From Lytechinus pictus (taxonomy: Eukaryota): a stretch of 64,000 nt of DNA. Every line of letters begins with the position of its first letter. Position 1 is the stretch's first letter. Position numbers and translations under genes: made by a program. The notes beneath the pieces were generated by a model. It worked only from the letters and a program-made list of their open reading frames with translations. It was not told the origin of the DNA and did not search any database. This document shows, one piece after another, positions 38,701 through 50,300 of the stretch. The DNA lies in assembly GCF_037042905.1 (NCBI RefSeq), contig NW_026974141.1, forward strand, positions 8,804,001-8,868,000. Reading direction: 5' to 3'.

Positions 38701-41700
38701 CCGCTGCCACCAAAATGTGAACAGCCATACATGATGCTCATGAATATTCAATTTATTTGTGATATTCATCTTGTATCCCACCGCTGCCACCAAATGGTGG
38801 ACAACCAAACACGATACTCATGAATATTCATAGATTGTGATTTGTTATTTGTTATGTGCATTCATGGTTCATGCTCACGTTTTCTTGATCATGTCACCTT
38901 TGTTTCTTAACATACGCTGTTTGACCGCATGACGTGTGAATTGATTTATGGCGCCCTCAGCTCACCGAGCCTTACATGAAGTTCTCGAAAAAGTTCCCAA
39001 GATTCTCGGCATCGGTTGCATCCATTTTCTTCATGGTGAGACTTGACAAGAATTCAACAAGAATTCAACATGAAAAACAATAACAAAGAAACCCCCGAAA
39101 TGCCAAATGTAGTTGCTATCCCAATGCGATGATTGTATCATTGCATTACTAGATGGCATCATGTTCATATCATACATAACTTTTGTGCATGTATTTCTCC
39201 ATTGTTGTGCATCTGATAATTCTGTGTAGCTCCCAGAGCCGTACATGAAGTTCTACCGTCGCTTCCCACGCTTTATGACGTCCATCACTACAATTGCGTT
39301 TATGGTGAGAGATTACGAACCGGTGCTTCCCGACAGCACACGGCAAATCCTTCTACCTTACAAACCCTGTTTTATGTTCAGTTGTGTCGCCTGGAACCCT
39401 CAAAGTGTATCTTCTACTCAACTAACCTTTGCAAATGCTTGCATATTTCACCTTCATCTACTTTTATTCGAGTGACTCTGACACTACTTTGTTTGCATCT
39501 TATCTGATTGCTATAATCTAACATTGGATTGGGTTTTGACTTCAAGTGTATATATCACGTAACTTTCTATCTTGCAATCTCTTGTATGTACACGCATTTA
39601 ACACTTGCAAACAATAGATGGCTGACAGCATCTTTTCCAACTATTCTTGTCAATTTCTTCCCCTTTATTTACCTTTTTGTTTCTTCACTCACTTATAATT
39701 TTCTTTTTGACCTATCATGCATGTTTATTTATCCTGATTCTGCTATTTTTCCACTATTCTTTCCTCGTCCACAGTGAATTTGATGAATCAGTTTGATTTT
39801 GTTCAGTCCTCTATGTAAATTGGTCTGTTTTGGGATCAGTCACTTGGTGTCTTTTGCACTAATTTTTAATTTGATCTTTTTTATTCTTTCTCCCTTCTTT
39901 CCAAAATTCACTCACTATGTGACATTACACTCTGTCTCGTGTGGTTCTGTCAAAATCGTATTTGATCATTTATGTCTGATCATACTCCTTAACAATATTG
40001 ATAATTGTTAATCGGGGCCGGGACAAATGTAATTCTATATATATTTCATTCCCCCCTTGAACATTGCTAAACTGATACAAATAAAAATATCTTCTAACTG
40101 CATTTCTTGCTAATATTGAAATAAAATCTGTTGGTACGTCCTCCAATTATTAATTTTATGCCATTAAAAAAATAATTTATGTACATGTGTATATTGGAAA
40201 CTTATATGCAAATTCATAAAATTCAAAATCATTAAAAATCATTCTTACTAAAACGAAAATTGGGATTCATGTTATTACAATATTCACTCCGCATACACAT
40301 GCAAATATCCAAATTAAATAACTGCGTATAAACTGTATTTGGTAAATGAAATTGTACTCGATTAATTAAAATTGTATTATAAAACTCAAAATTGTGTTTT
40401 ATTTAATATCAAATTGGGATTTGTGTCATTCATTCATTCATTCATTCATCATGCATTGCGACTTCCATTAACACCCTCAATCTCAAATGTGTGTGATCCA
40501 TGCCATTGATAATGCACCTCACAAAAACCACCCATGCATGTGGCAACTAAAACTTTGGATTCTGGATGACCTTTGGCCCATGGATGACCCCACGGCGTGA
40601 CCTCTATTAACCCTTGTGCGACCTGGTCAACTAACCTTACACCCTGGTGCACGTGCATGATGATGGCTTCCCCATGAGTTCTGGTAACACCCACACAATT
40701 TTCTCTCTTTTTCTTTACACATCTGCTGGGTTTTTTCTTGGATAACAAACATGACCCCTTGGTGACCTCTAATCTGACCTCATCCTGACCCCTGACACTG
40801 TATGTAATTACGGTGTCCCTTAATCCTGCTAACATCCACACAATCTTTTCTTGTTAATTACATATCTGCTGGGTTTTTCCTGGATAAAAAACATAACCCC
40901 TCTCTTAACCTTCCATCTGACCTCTGTTTTGACCCTTGACCCCTGTAGAGAGAGGAGCCATTTGTTCCCCTGAGAGTGCGATTTCCCCGCATCATAGGGG
41001 GTCTAGCGATTATCCTATTCATGGTAGGGTGAAATAATTATGTTACTTAAAGCCATACAAGATACTAACTGCCCTTTCACACGGTAAAAAATCGTAATTT
41101 GAATGATGATTCCAGTGAAAAATGAGGTTAATGGCGAATTTTTAGCACGTGTGAAACCAAACTAGAATGGCGAACGTTAATCACAACCACGAATTCAAAT
41201 TCTATTCCAGATGTGAATTCCAGTTAAGTTTCACTCAAATTACGGTATGAAGTTTCCGTGTGAAAGGTCTGATGATTCGAAAGATGAATTGCAATCATCA
41301 TTACAATGATGATTCAAGATTCACGTGTGAAAAGGCCCCTAGAGACTGCCACACAGAAATTCTATTAGCGCTAACACAGCACGAACAGTATTAAGCTCAG
41401 TCACTTTTTTCGGATTGTAATTTCAAATGTTGATCAAAGATGTAAACAACGCATTGTTACATCAGCATTGCTATGACATTATTGTAACAGGGCTTCTATT
41501 AAAGCATTGTTAGCACTACCAACGTTTCTGTGTGGCCTCCACAGTTATATACACTGTACAGTGTGTCCCAGAAAAAAGGAAACCTGGATTCCCACATCTT
41601 TTTCTTCAAAGGCAAATTAATCCTGATATTTCATTCACATCATCATACAATTCAATTATTCCTCTACATTTTGATACCTAATTAATTGACAAACACTTCA

Positions 41701-44700
41701 CCCATTAATGAGCAATACAAGTTGAAATTTTAATGTCAAAATCAGGTTTTGCAGAAAAATTGGACAAGATTGGTTTGTGATACGACAACCGTGCTTATTC
41801 GCTGATTGGCTCATTAGCATTTCTTTTGTATTATTTATTAAGTTTCTATCACTGATCCCTAATGAATGATTTGATAAGCTGTTGGTCTCAAATTAAAGAT
41901 GAGACTCCACTCTTACCATAAGTATCAAATTCATAGTAAAAACATTTTTGATAATTGTGAAATATATCTCTGAAAACAGGTTTCCTTTTTTTGCGAGACG
42001 CATTGTATAGTGCCATTGTGTCCTCAACAAGGCTAGATGCACGTTTTGATTCATTTTGTGATTGATGTGATTGCCCAACTTGAACCTACAATAAGTCAGC
42101 CAACATGAATTTGTATTTTTGACATAGTTTGAAAAATCTTTTAATGATTAAAATAATTACAGAATTAATCAATTAAAACCCATACATATTCTTCTATCTT
42201 GTGTTTCTTCTTTCAGAGGAGATTGAAAAAAAAGTTAACCTTTCAGTTCGTAATTTTCAAAATTTTGATTTAAAAAAAAACTCAAATAACTATTTTGGCT
42301 TAATACAAAGCAACTTACTGGTTTATTGTTTGTTTGAAGTTGGGTAGGACATTGCATTACTGAATGGATTTAGAGATTTCAAGCTTGGTGTTGACCGAAT
42401 GGTGTTGGCCTAGTTTTTATTTCAGCACAGCACCAGACTTGAATTGGAAGCAGGTGTTGGTGTTTAGCTTCATGAATCAATGATGTGCACAGCACCAAAC
42501 TTGTTCGAAAGCTGGTCTTGGTGTTGAGCTACATGTACATGAATCAATAATGTGCATAGCACCAAACTAGAATTGGAATCTGGTTTTGGTGTTTATAGCA
42601 GCATGTATTATTAATGTGATATTATGTATCATATTTTGTTTAAACCTTTCATTAAATGCCAAATCAGGCACAAACACCAAACTTGAACTCACCCAGTATG
42701 AATATTATAAATTTAGCAATATTTGTGACCATTAATTTTCACATACACTCACATGTATTATGCGCTAAGAAATGGGACAAGTGCAAATTTTGAACTATCA
42801 AAACATCATTTTCTCACCTTTTTTTAATTTAAAGGTAACAGCTTTTTTTTTTTAAGTGGGCTTGATGACAATAATCTGTTGCAAATGAAAGGAATGAGAG
42901 AATATTAGAACAAAAGATTGGTGTATTATTTGCTTCTACATGTATTAAATCACTTTATTGTGTTCTATTGTTATTGAAAATGGGTAGGTGGTATTGATAT
43001 TAAAACTCTGAGGTGGATATTGCATTAATAGAATTTATATTTGAAATATGTTTTAACTAAATCCCTTAACATAATGATATAGCCAAATCTCGGGAGAATA
43101 TTGTTTCCATTAAAACATAGAAGAACAAATTCAAATATTATCCAAATTAGTTTAAAAATGAGAGTGTTATGAACATTTAACAAATCTGAATTATTGAATT
43201 GACAAGATAACTTCATATGGAATACTTGAAAAGTTCAACACCTGACAGTGTTTTTTCCATCATGTACAATTTCCAGATTCTTTTGTGAAATATATGTAGT
43301 TTCCACAGTCTTCAATTTTTAGGAAATGTCAATTAAAAAAAAATCACATAAATTAATGATAAAACTTATAACTCTCATTTTGCCATTCATTTGTGTAGAT
43401 AGCGCTTTTGACAAATTATCTTTTCTGTCCCCACTTTTCTTTGAAATTAATGTAAATTAGTGATCAGGTTCAGTGTTTTTGAAGATTTTGTGTGGACTAA
43501 ACATGAATATATTTGTGGTTTCTGATTATTTGCTGTACTGATCTTTGTATAATAATATACTATTACTATATCTCTTTTAATATAACTATATGTAAATCAC
43601 ATTCGTTCTCATAGACAGATTTTGTTTTCAAGTTTTCAATCTTGTATGGCTCTTTAACAGTTATTCAATATAGATGTACGTTGCTAATCTTCATTGTATA
43701 GAAGAGTATTATTGACTGTCTAATCAAATTGAATGAATCTTTATAGAGAGATTCCATCAACCATTTGCAAACATATACCTGGTGAATTTCTATTCAGAAG
43801 AATTTAAGCATGTATGGCATTTCAGAAAGTTCAAATCCTCTACAATAAAGCATTTTTCTTCAAGTACATGGACATATTAATTTGAAAGGGACATAAATAT
43901 ATCGCAAAAGAAGCCTCTGCATTCCCCCCCCCCAAGAAAAAAAAAAGACATTTAAACATATGCTTGTTCGAGTTTGTCAATAATGTAATGTACAAACTCT
44001 GTTCATAATTTTATTGATAGAGATCCCCCAAACCTTTTAAGCACCCCCCCAAAAAAAAACTCTTCAGCAATATCTACATTTCCATATGTACGGTATGCCA
44101 GTGTATATTATGTAGTGTGTATTGCATAACTATATACATGTACATACAGAAGCAGAAGCTTATTAGGTATTGGAAGTGCTAGGTGTTTGCGGATGGTTGA
44201 TGTCTTCTTTCCTCCCTGAATAAGTGTTCTCTATGGCCCGTATTCTGAAGTCGGGTTTAACTTTAACTCAGGTTTAAAGTTGTGGTTTAAGTATGGATAG
44301 CCAATTGTTACATAAATTAGTAACAGTAGAGATATCACATTTCAGCTCATTTGGCTTTCAAATCTTTCATAATTGTGTAGGAAGTATGAATAGATAATTG
44401 TCTACATCAATGATAAAGAGCAAAGTAAACATAAACATACAACTTAATAGAAATGTTGACACTTTTGGCTTCCCATAATTTTAGCAGAGTTAAACCATGG
44501 TCTAAGTTAAACCTGACTTTAGAATACGGGCCTATATGTGTATCTAGTTACTGGTGCATTCACCCCCCTGTTCATTTTCTTTGGGACGGGGGTGTTCCAT
44601 GCTTACCAATGGGCTGTTAAAACTCTTGTACAGTATCTCAAAATGTAAAGATTTTGAAGACAGCGTAGAAAATGTTTTATATTAGATTTATGATAAAAGC

Positions 44701-47285
44701 AACCTTCTTTTATCTAGAATTAGTTCTTCCCATGAATAAGAAGACCGTTTTCTAGCACTATGAGGTTGCCACCAGTGCTGCCATATGGCTATTTCTGAGC
44801 TGCCTCATTAAAAATAAAAATTCTAGATAGTTTTAACAGCCCATTGACAGTATACTGACATATCAATAATTCATGGATATTGATTTTTTACCCCTATACT
44901 ACCTATACCTATGTAAACTACTCAAAACTGTTTTGATAACTTTCAGTAATATGAATATATTGTTCATTACCAGCCACCCTGAAACCAATATGTCACCCAA
45001 AATGAAGTTTAAAATTTTTATTTAAAGTGATTGGTTAACATTGGTTTGACTTTGAAAAAATCTGAGCTAGAAGGTCACACTTGTCACCTGTGTCTGTGAT
45101 ATGTTACAAAAATGAAGCCCAGAAAAAAATTGCGTTTGAAAATAATTATTTAGTGCTTCAAAAATTGAAATATAAAGTGACTGAAAACACCATCTTAATT
45201 TCATCCCATACACTTATGTGTACTATTTAGGCGTCTATAAGACGCCTATTTACAAAATCGGGGTTTGCCTTGTAGTTTAAGCTTTTCATTCTCTATAATG
45301 GTTGTTTTCAGAGTTTATTAGTTCTAATACATGCACTTGTACACATGTTTCATCTTGGTTTGAGAATTATTTAAATCGGCTGCTCACAAAGTTAAACAAT
45401 ACCTTTAACATGCAAAATCACATCCTAAAATGATATATAACTTTTCAAAATTGATCAACAATAACCCTCACAGGTACTCAATTGTAAGCAGAATAAATTC
45501 TGCAGAAGCTTGAAAAATAAAGGATAAAACAAGGGTTGAAGTTTGGGGTTCACTTGAACATGAGATATGCGCAGAGTGCAATCTCAATGAAGCTTTCAAG
45601 CAATCTGCTAAAAATGGTTACTGAAGAAACTTGTATCTTTGATTTTGATTCACCTTTACCACTGCAAATTTGGCAGTGTGAAGAAGAATTACTCTTTCAG
45701 ATAATTAATTTTCATATTTTTGCTCTTTGAAGACCCAATTACTATTTTGACTATTTACAAATAACATTCCCTGACAACTTACTGTTGGCTTTGGGGTGAC
45801 TGGTCATATTTGATTTGCTTCTATCATTTATAATCAATTATTATATTTTCATGTACTGTGTCACTTTATATTCTTATACAAATTCTATGATAAAGCAATG
45901 TTTATTTAATTTTATTTGTTCTTATTACGTTTAAAAAAATGCATGAAAAGTGACCCTATTTGGCATGGACAACACTTTTATTGATTTATCAGCAATTTAT
46001 TTTTTTCAAATTTTAAATTATGCACTGCCTAACGAATGAGGAAATTATGCACATTTGCAAAGCATTCTTTGCATTACTTTCCAAATGAAATTTGCAGATA
46101 TTTAAATTTTCACTCTAGTGCATTTTGCAAATCATAATTTTTGGTATCTCATGGAAATATTAAGTATATACATGTATGCTCTAACATTTACATTGAAGAA
46201 ATATGATTCAGAATCATTTAAGTATTCTTTTATTTATTAAATTGTAATTAAATGGATACATGAGAAGTTCAATTTATCAAGAGTAAATCACCTTGAGATT
46301 TATTTTGGTTCAGAATAAACTTATATTAACAGCAGATTATTCTAAAGGTCCCCTTGAAGAGCCTTATCTCTCAGTATTCAGAACTTCCAAATTAACACCA
46401 CATTACACAAAGCCATATAGAGACTGAATATCTGTTATTCAGAGTAAATTTTGAGTTGATACAAATATTTCTAAAAGAAGTATAAAAATTGTCATATTAT
46501 GGGCTTGAACCACTGTTTAAAGATTAAAAAACAAAACCAAAACAACCCCAAACAATGATTGTTTGAAGGGGGATGGGGGTATTTTTTTCTTAGAATACCT
46601 AAGTTGAGGGAAAATCTAACTGATTTCCTTTTGGTCTTGTGACCAATTTTCTCCCTAAATGCCTCTCTAGATTCTGCTCGTCATGGCAGCTGTCATGACC
46701 GTCATCATCTACAGAATCGTCGTCAAGGCAGCCATCTTCTCAATCGACCAGGAATTCATCTCATCTTTCTCCTCCATCATCACCTCGGTAACGGCTTCCT
46801 GCATCTCTCTCATCCTCATCATGATCCTTCAACTGGTGAGTATCATACTTCATGCACAATATATCCTGAAGGGGTGGCATAAACATTATGAAAAGCAATG
46901 GACCAGTGATAGAGCCTTGAGGGATTCCATGGCTCATGATGTTTTCACATGGTGACTGCTGAGCTACAAAACCACCAATAAAGTGTGGTTTTCATTTGCA
47001 TACCTCATGTATCATATAGAGTGTGTCAGTAGGATATCCTGAAGGGAATATATAACCATTGTGAAAAACAGTGGACCAGTGATGGAGCCTTGTGGGACTC
47101 CACACCTAATCATGATTTTTTGACATGGTGAGTTTTTTATTTCTCTGCCAAACCCAAAACCTGTGTTGCTATCACTTGCATACTTGCATACAAGCTCATA
47201 GAGCTTACTCTGTATGATGCTCCACTCATGTATATATATATAACATGAATGATTATACTAATATGAATATTATGTAATGTTGAAA

Positions 47286-47337
<52 letters not shown>

Positions 47338-50300
47338 TAAAATCAAAATCAAATCAAATACTTCATGCATTATATAGAGTGACACTCAATAATTCACATT
47401 GTTAATAATATGGAAATAAAACTAAATATGCCAGCTTTACATGTTGATGAATTTTATATATATGTTTTTTTTTACAGTTGTACGAACGGATTGCTGTGTG
47501 GCTAACCAACCTTGGTAAGTAACATGCAGTACAAGTATAAATCATACTAAGTGTTTATCCTTGTAGTGTACTTACAGATTTAGAAATAAGAGTCAAAGTA
47601 ATGTAGAAAATGCTACTTCTTTTAAAGCCTAAAGCTTCGGTAAAGGATCAGTGAGGTTGTGTCATGCATTGTTTATTGCCTTAGAGTAATGTAGAAATGT
47701 GTTAATTTGTTAAAGGGGCAATTCGGACAGGTCATGGGAATCGATACGTACAGAAACATGAGAGGTTAGCTATTTACAGGTACCAGTCATGAGCAAACCT
47801 GCCTGTTAGAATAATGACAGGTCACATAATAGATCTCAGTCAATTGATTATGATCCTCATCACATTACAATGTATCATTTCTTCTCACAGAATTGCACCG
47901 AACGGAAACCGAGTACGAAGACAGTTTCACCTTCAAGATGTATCTCTTTGCATTCGTCAACTACTACTCTACCAGTTTTTACATTGCGTTCTTCAAGGGA
48001 CGGTAGGTTTCACAATGATGATAATAGGGACGGTACATGTATGTCTCTAAATGATGATAATACAAAATAATACAAATGTTTTAAGGTATCTCTTGTGTGG
48101 TTTAGATGAAACTTTGTTTACGTATAAAATTAATTGGATAAAGATGTTGATTATTTTTTGTGGCATTCCTCTCTTTTCTTTTAAACAGCCTACCCGGTAC
48201 TCCAGCTGACTATGGCCGTGTGTTTGGTATCTGGCGTCAAGAAGAGGTGAGGAAAAACAATGCAAAAATTAAACAATGCAAAAATTTTGTTCAATTTTTA
48301 TTTTTTTATAAAGCGGAGATAGCAATTAAATATTTAAACCTTATAATCATTTAGCTAAATACGCTTGTCGTTGCACGGCTGGCAGAAGGGCTCCAATTTC
48401 TCGCCAAGCAGGAGGGCGCACATACCAAATCCCATCTAACCTATAAAATATCCACTTATTTCAGACCAAATTTACTATGCATGTTTCATTTCATCCCTTT
48501 ATTCAATCATTTAAGTTTGGTTTAAAATAAGTTGATATTTTATAGGTTAGATGGGATTTAGTGTGTTTGCCCTTCTGCCTGCCGCGCGACGATATTACAT
48601 GAAATGTTTATGAATCGATGTTTGCTTGACAAAGTGAAAAAACGTTAAGTAGAAGAAGTGGAAGACGGCCATCTTGGCGTGAGACTCTCAACATTCAGGT
48701 GGAGTATTTGGGTTTATTCCAGTTCGTCTAATGCCAATACATCCAATTGCCAACTCGTCTACTCTCATTTGGTCTACCATCAGTTCGTCCACTATCCACA
48801 TGGTCCAATTGCCAATTTGTCCACTCACCATTTCGTCTAATATTATAACCAGTTGGTCCAGTAGCCATTTAGTCCATATACCATTTGGTCTAATTGGACT
48901 AAGTGTTAATTGTGTAAAATGAATGAAAATGAAATAAATATTAGACCAACTGGTTATGAGACGAAACGGTCATAGACGAAATGGTGATTTATTAGGCTAA
49001 ATGAAATTAGACCATGTGGTGAGTGGACGAGTTGGCAGTAGACGAATTGGCAATTTCCCTCTTGCATGTAGTGATGGTTGGACTAAATCATAACTCCACC
49101 ATATTAATTGTACACCAAGTGGCTTTTAGCTATAATAATGGAAGAGACGATCTGAGAATTAGATCTACCAGAAGACCTAGTGGATGCAAACAGTAATTCT
49201 AGGCTTTCAAATGCTAGAGGTGTTGTGGCTCAGTGGATAAGTCTCCGGACTGTGAACCACAAGGTCCGGGGTTCAAATCTCACCGCAGCACTAGCATCCT
49301 TTGGCAAGGCATTTATCTACATTTGCCACTCTCGACCCAGGTGTAGTAAATGGGTACCCGGTAGGAAGGAATTCTTTTTGAATGCTCGATGCGCCCGATC
49401 AGGGTAGCCGTGCTAAAGCCGGGGTAAAATTATGCGGCGCTTAGAAACATTTGTATTAAGTGCTATATAAATGTTGCATATTATTATTATTAGAAGCCAT
49501 AAATCGTGACAGATACTGTAAAAATTTATTAATTTTTTGTCTCTCTTCTTCTTCGTAGTGTGATCCAGCTGGATGCATGCAGGAACTATTCATCAACATT
49601 GCCATCACTATGTGTGGAAAGCAGTTCTTCAATAACTTCATGGAATTGGCTTTGCCGTAAGTAGTTTTGAGGAGACATTCTACCTGACTTGCGGTTGATT
49701 TTAATGAAAGCGTACGACAATTGAACATTTTGTTGCTTTGGTGAAAATAACAGCACATGTTGTTATGAATTAAAAAAATTACCCTCCTAGGCAAGTATTC
49801 TGAAGTCAGGTTTAACTTGGACCATGGTCTATCTCTGTGCTAAAATTATGGGGAGCCAAAAATTAAGAAATTCTGTCTATATTATATATTTCTTATACAT
49901 GTATTTACTATTTTTGTTTCCTTTTGCTTTTATAATGAAGGAAAACACTTCAGTTATCATTCCCAGACAATTATGGACAATTTCGGTGTCATACGAGTTA
50001 ATTAATTGAATGTGTACTGTTAGGGATTTGTGCCCCAATTGGCTCTCCATAGTTAAACCACAACTTTAGACCAGGGTTTAATTTCAACCCAAGTTCAGAA
50101 TATGGGCCAAAGTGAAAAAATTAGATAGGGGTGAACTGATAGTTTGCCGGAACGGCAACTGTAGCAGTACATGTATACTGAATTGTTCCCCTATGCAGTT
50201 ATAGATTGTGATATTATCTGTGGACATACATGTACAGTACATGTACATGTGTATGATATGAACATACTAGAAACTTTTTCTTTCCCTCTGCAAAGTGTCG

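Noticed and set aside
35476-46670. Dscam-like docking site/selector base-pairing for the exon cluster
   Set aside because: Only short (about 7-nt) complementarities seen by eye; not supportable without comparative folding analysis.
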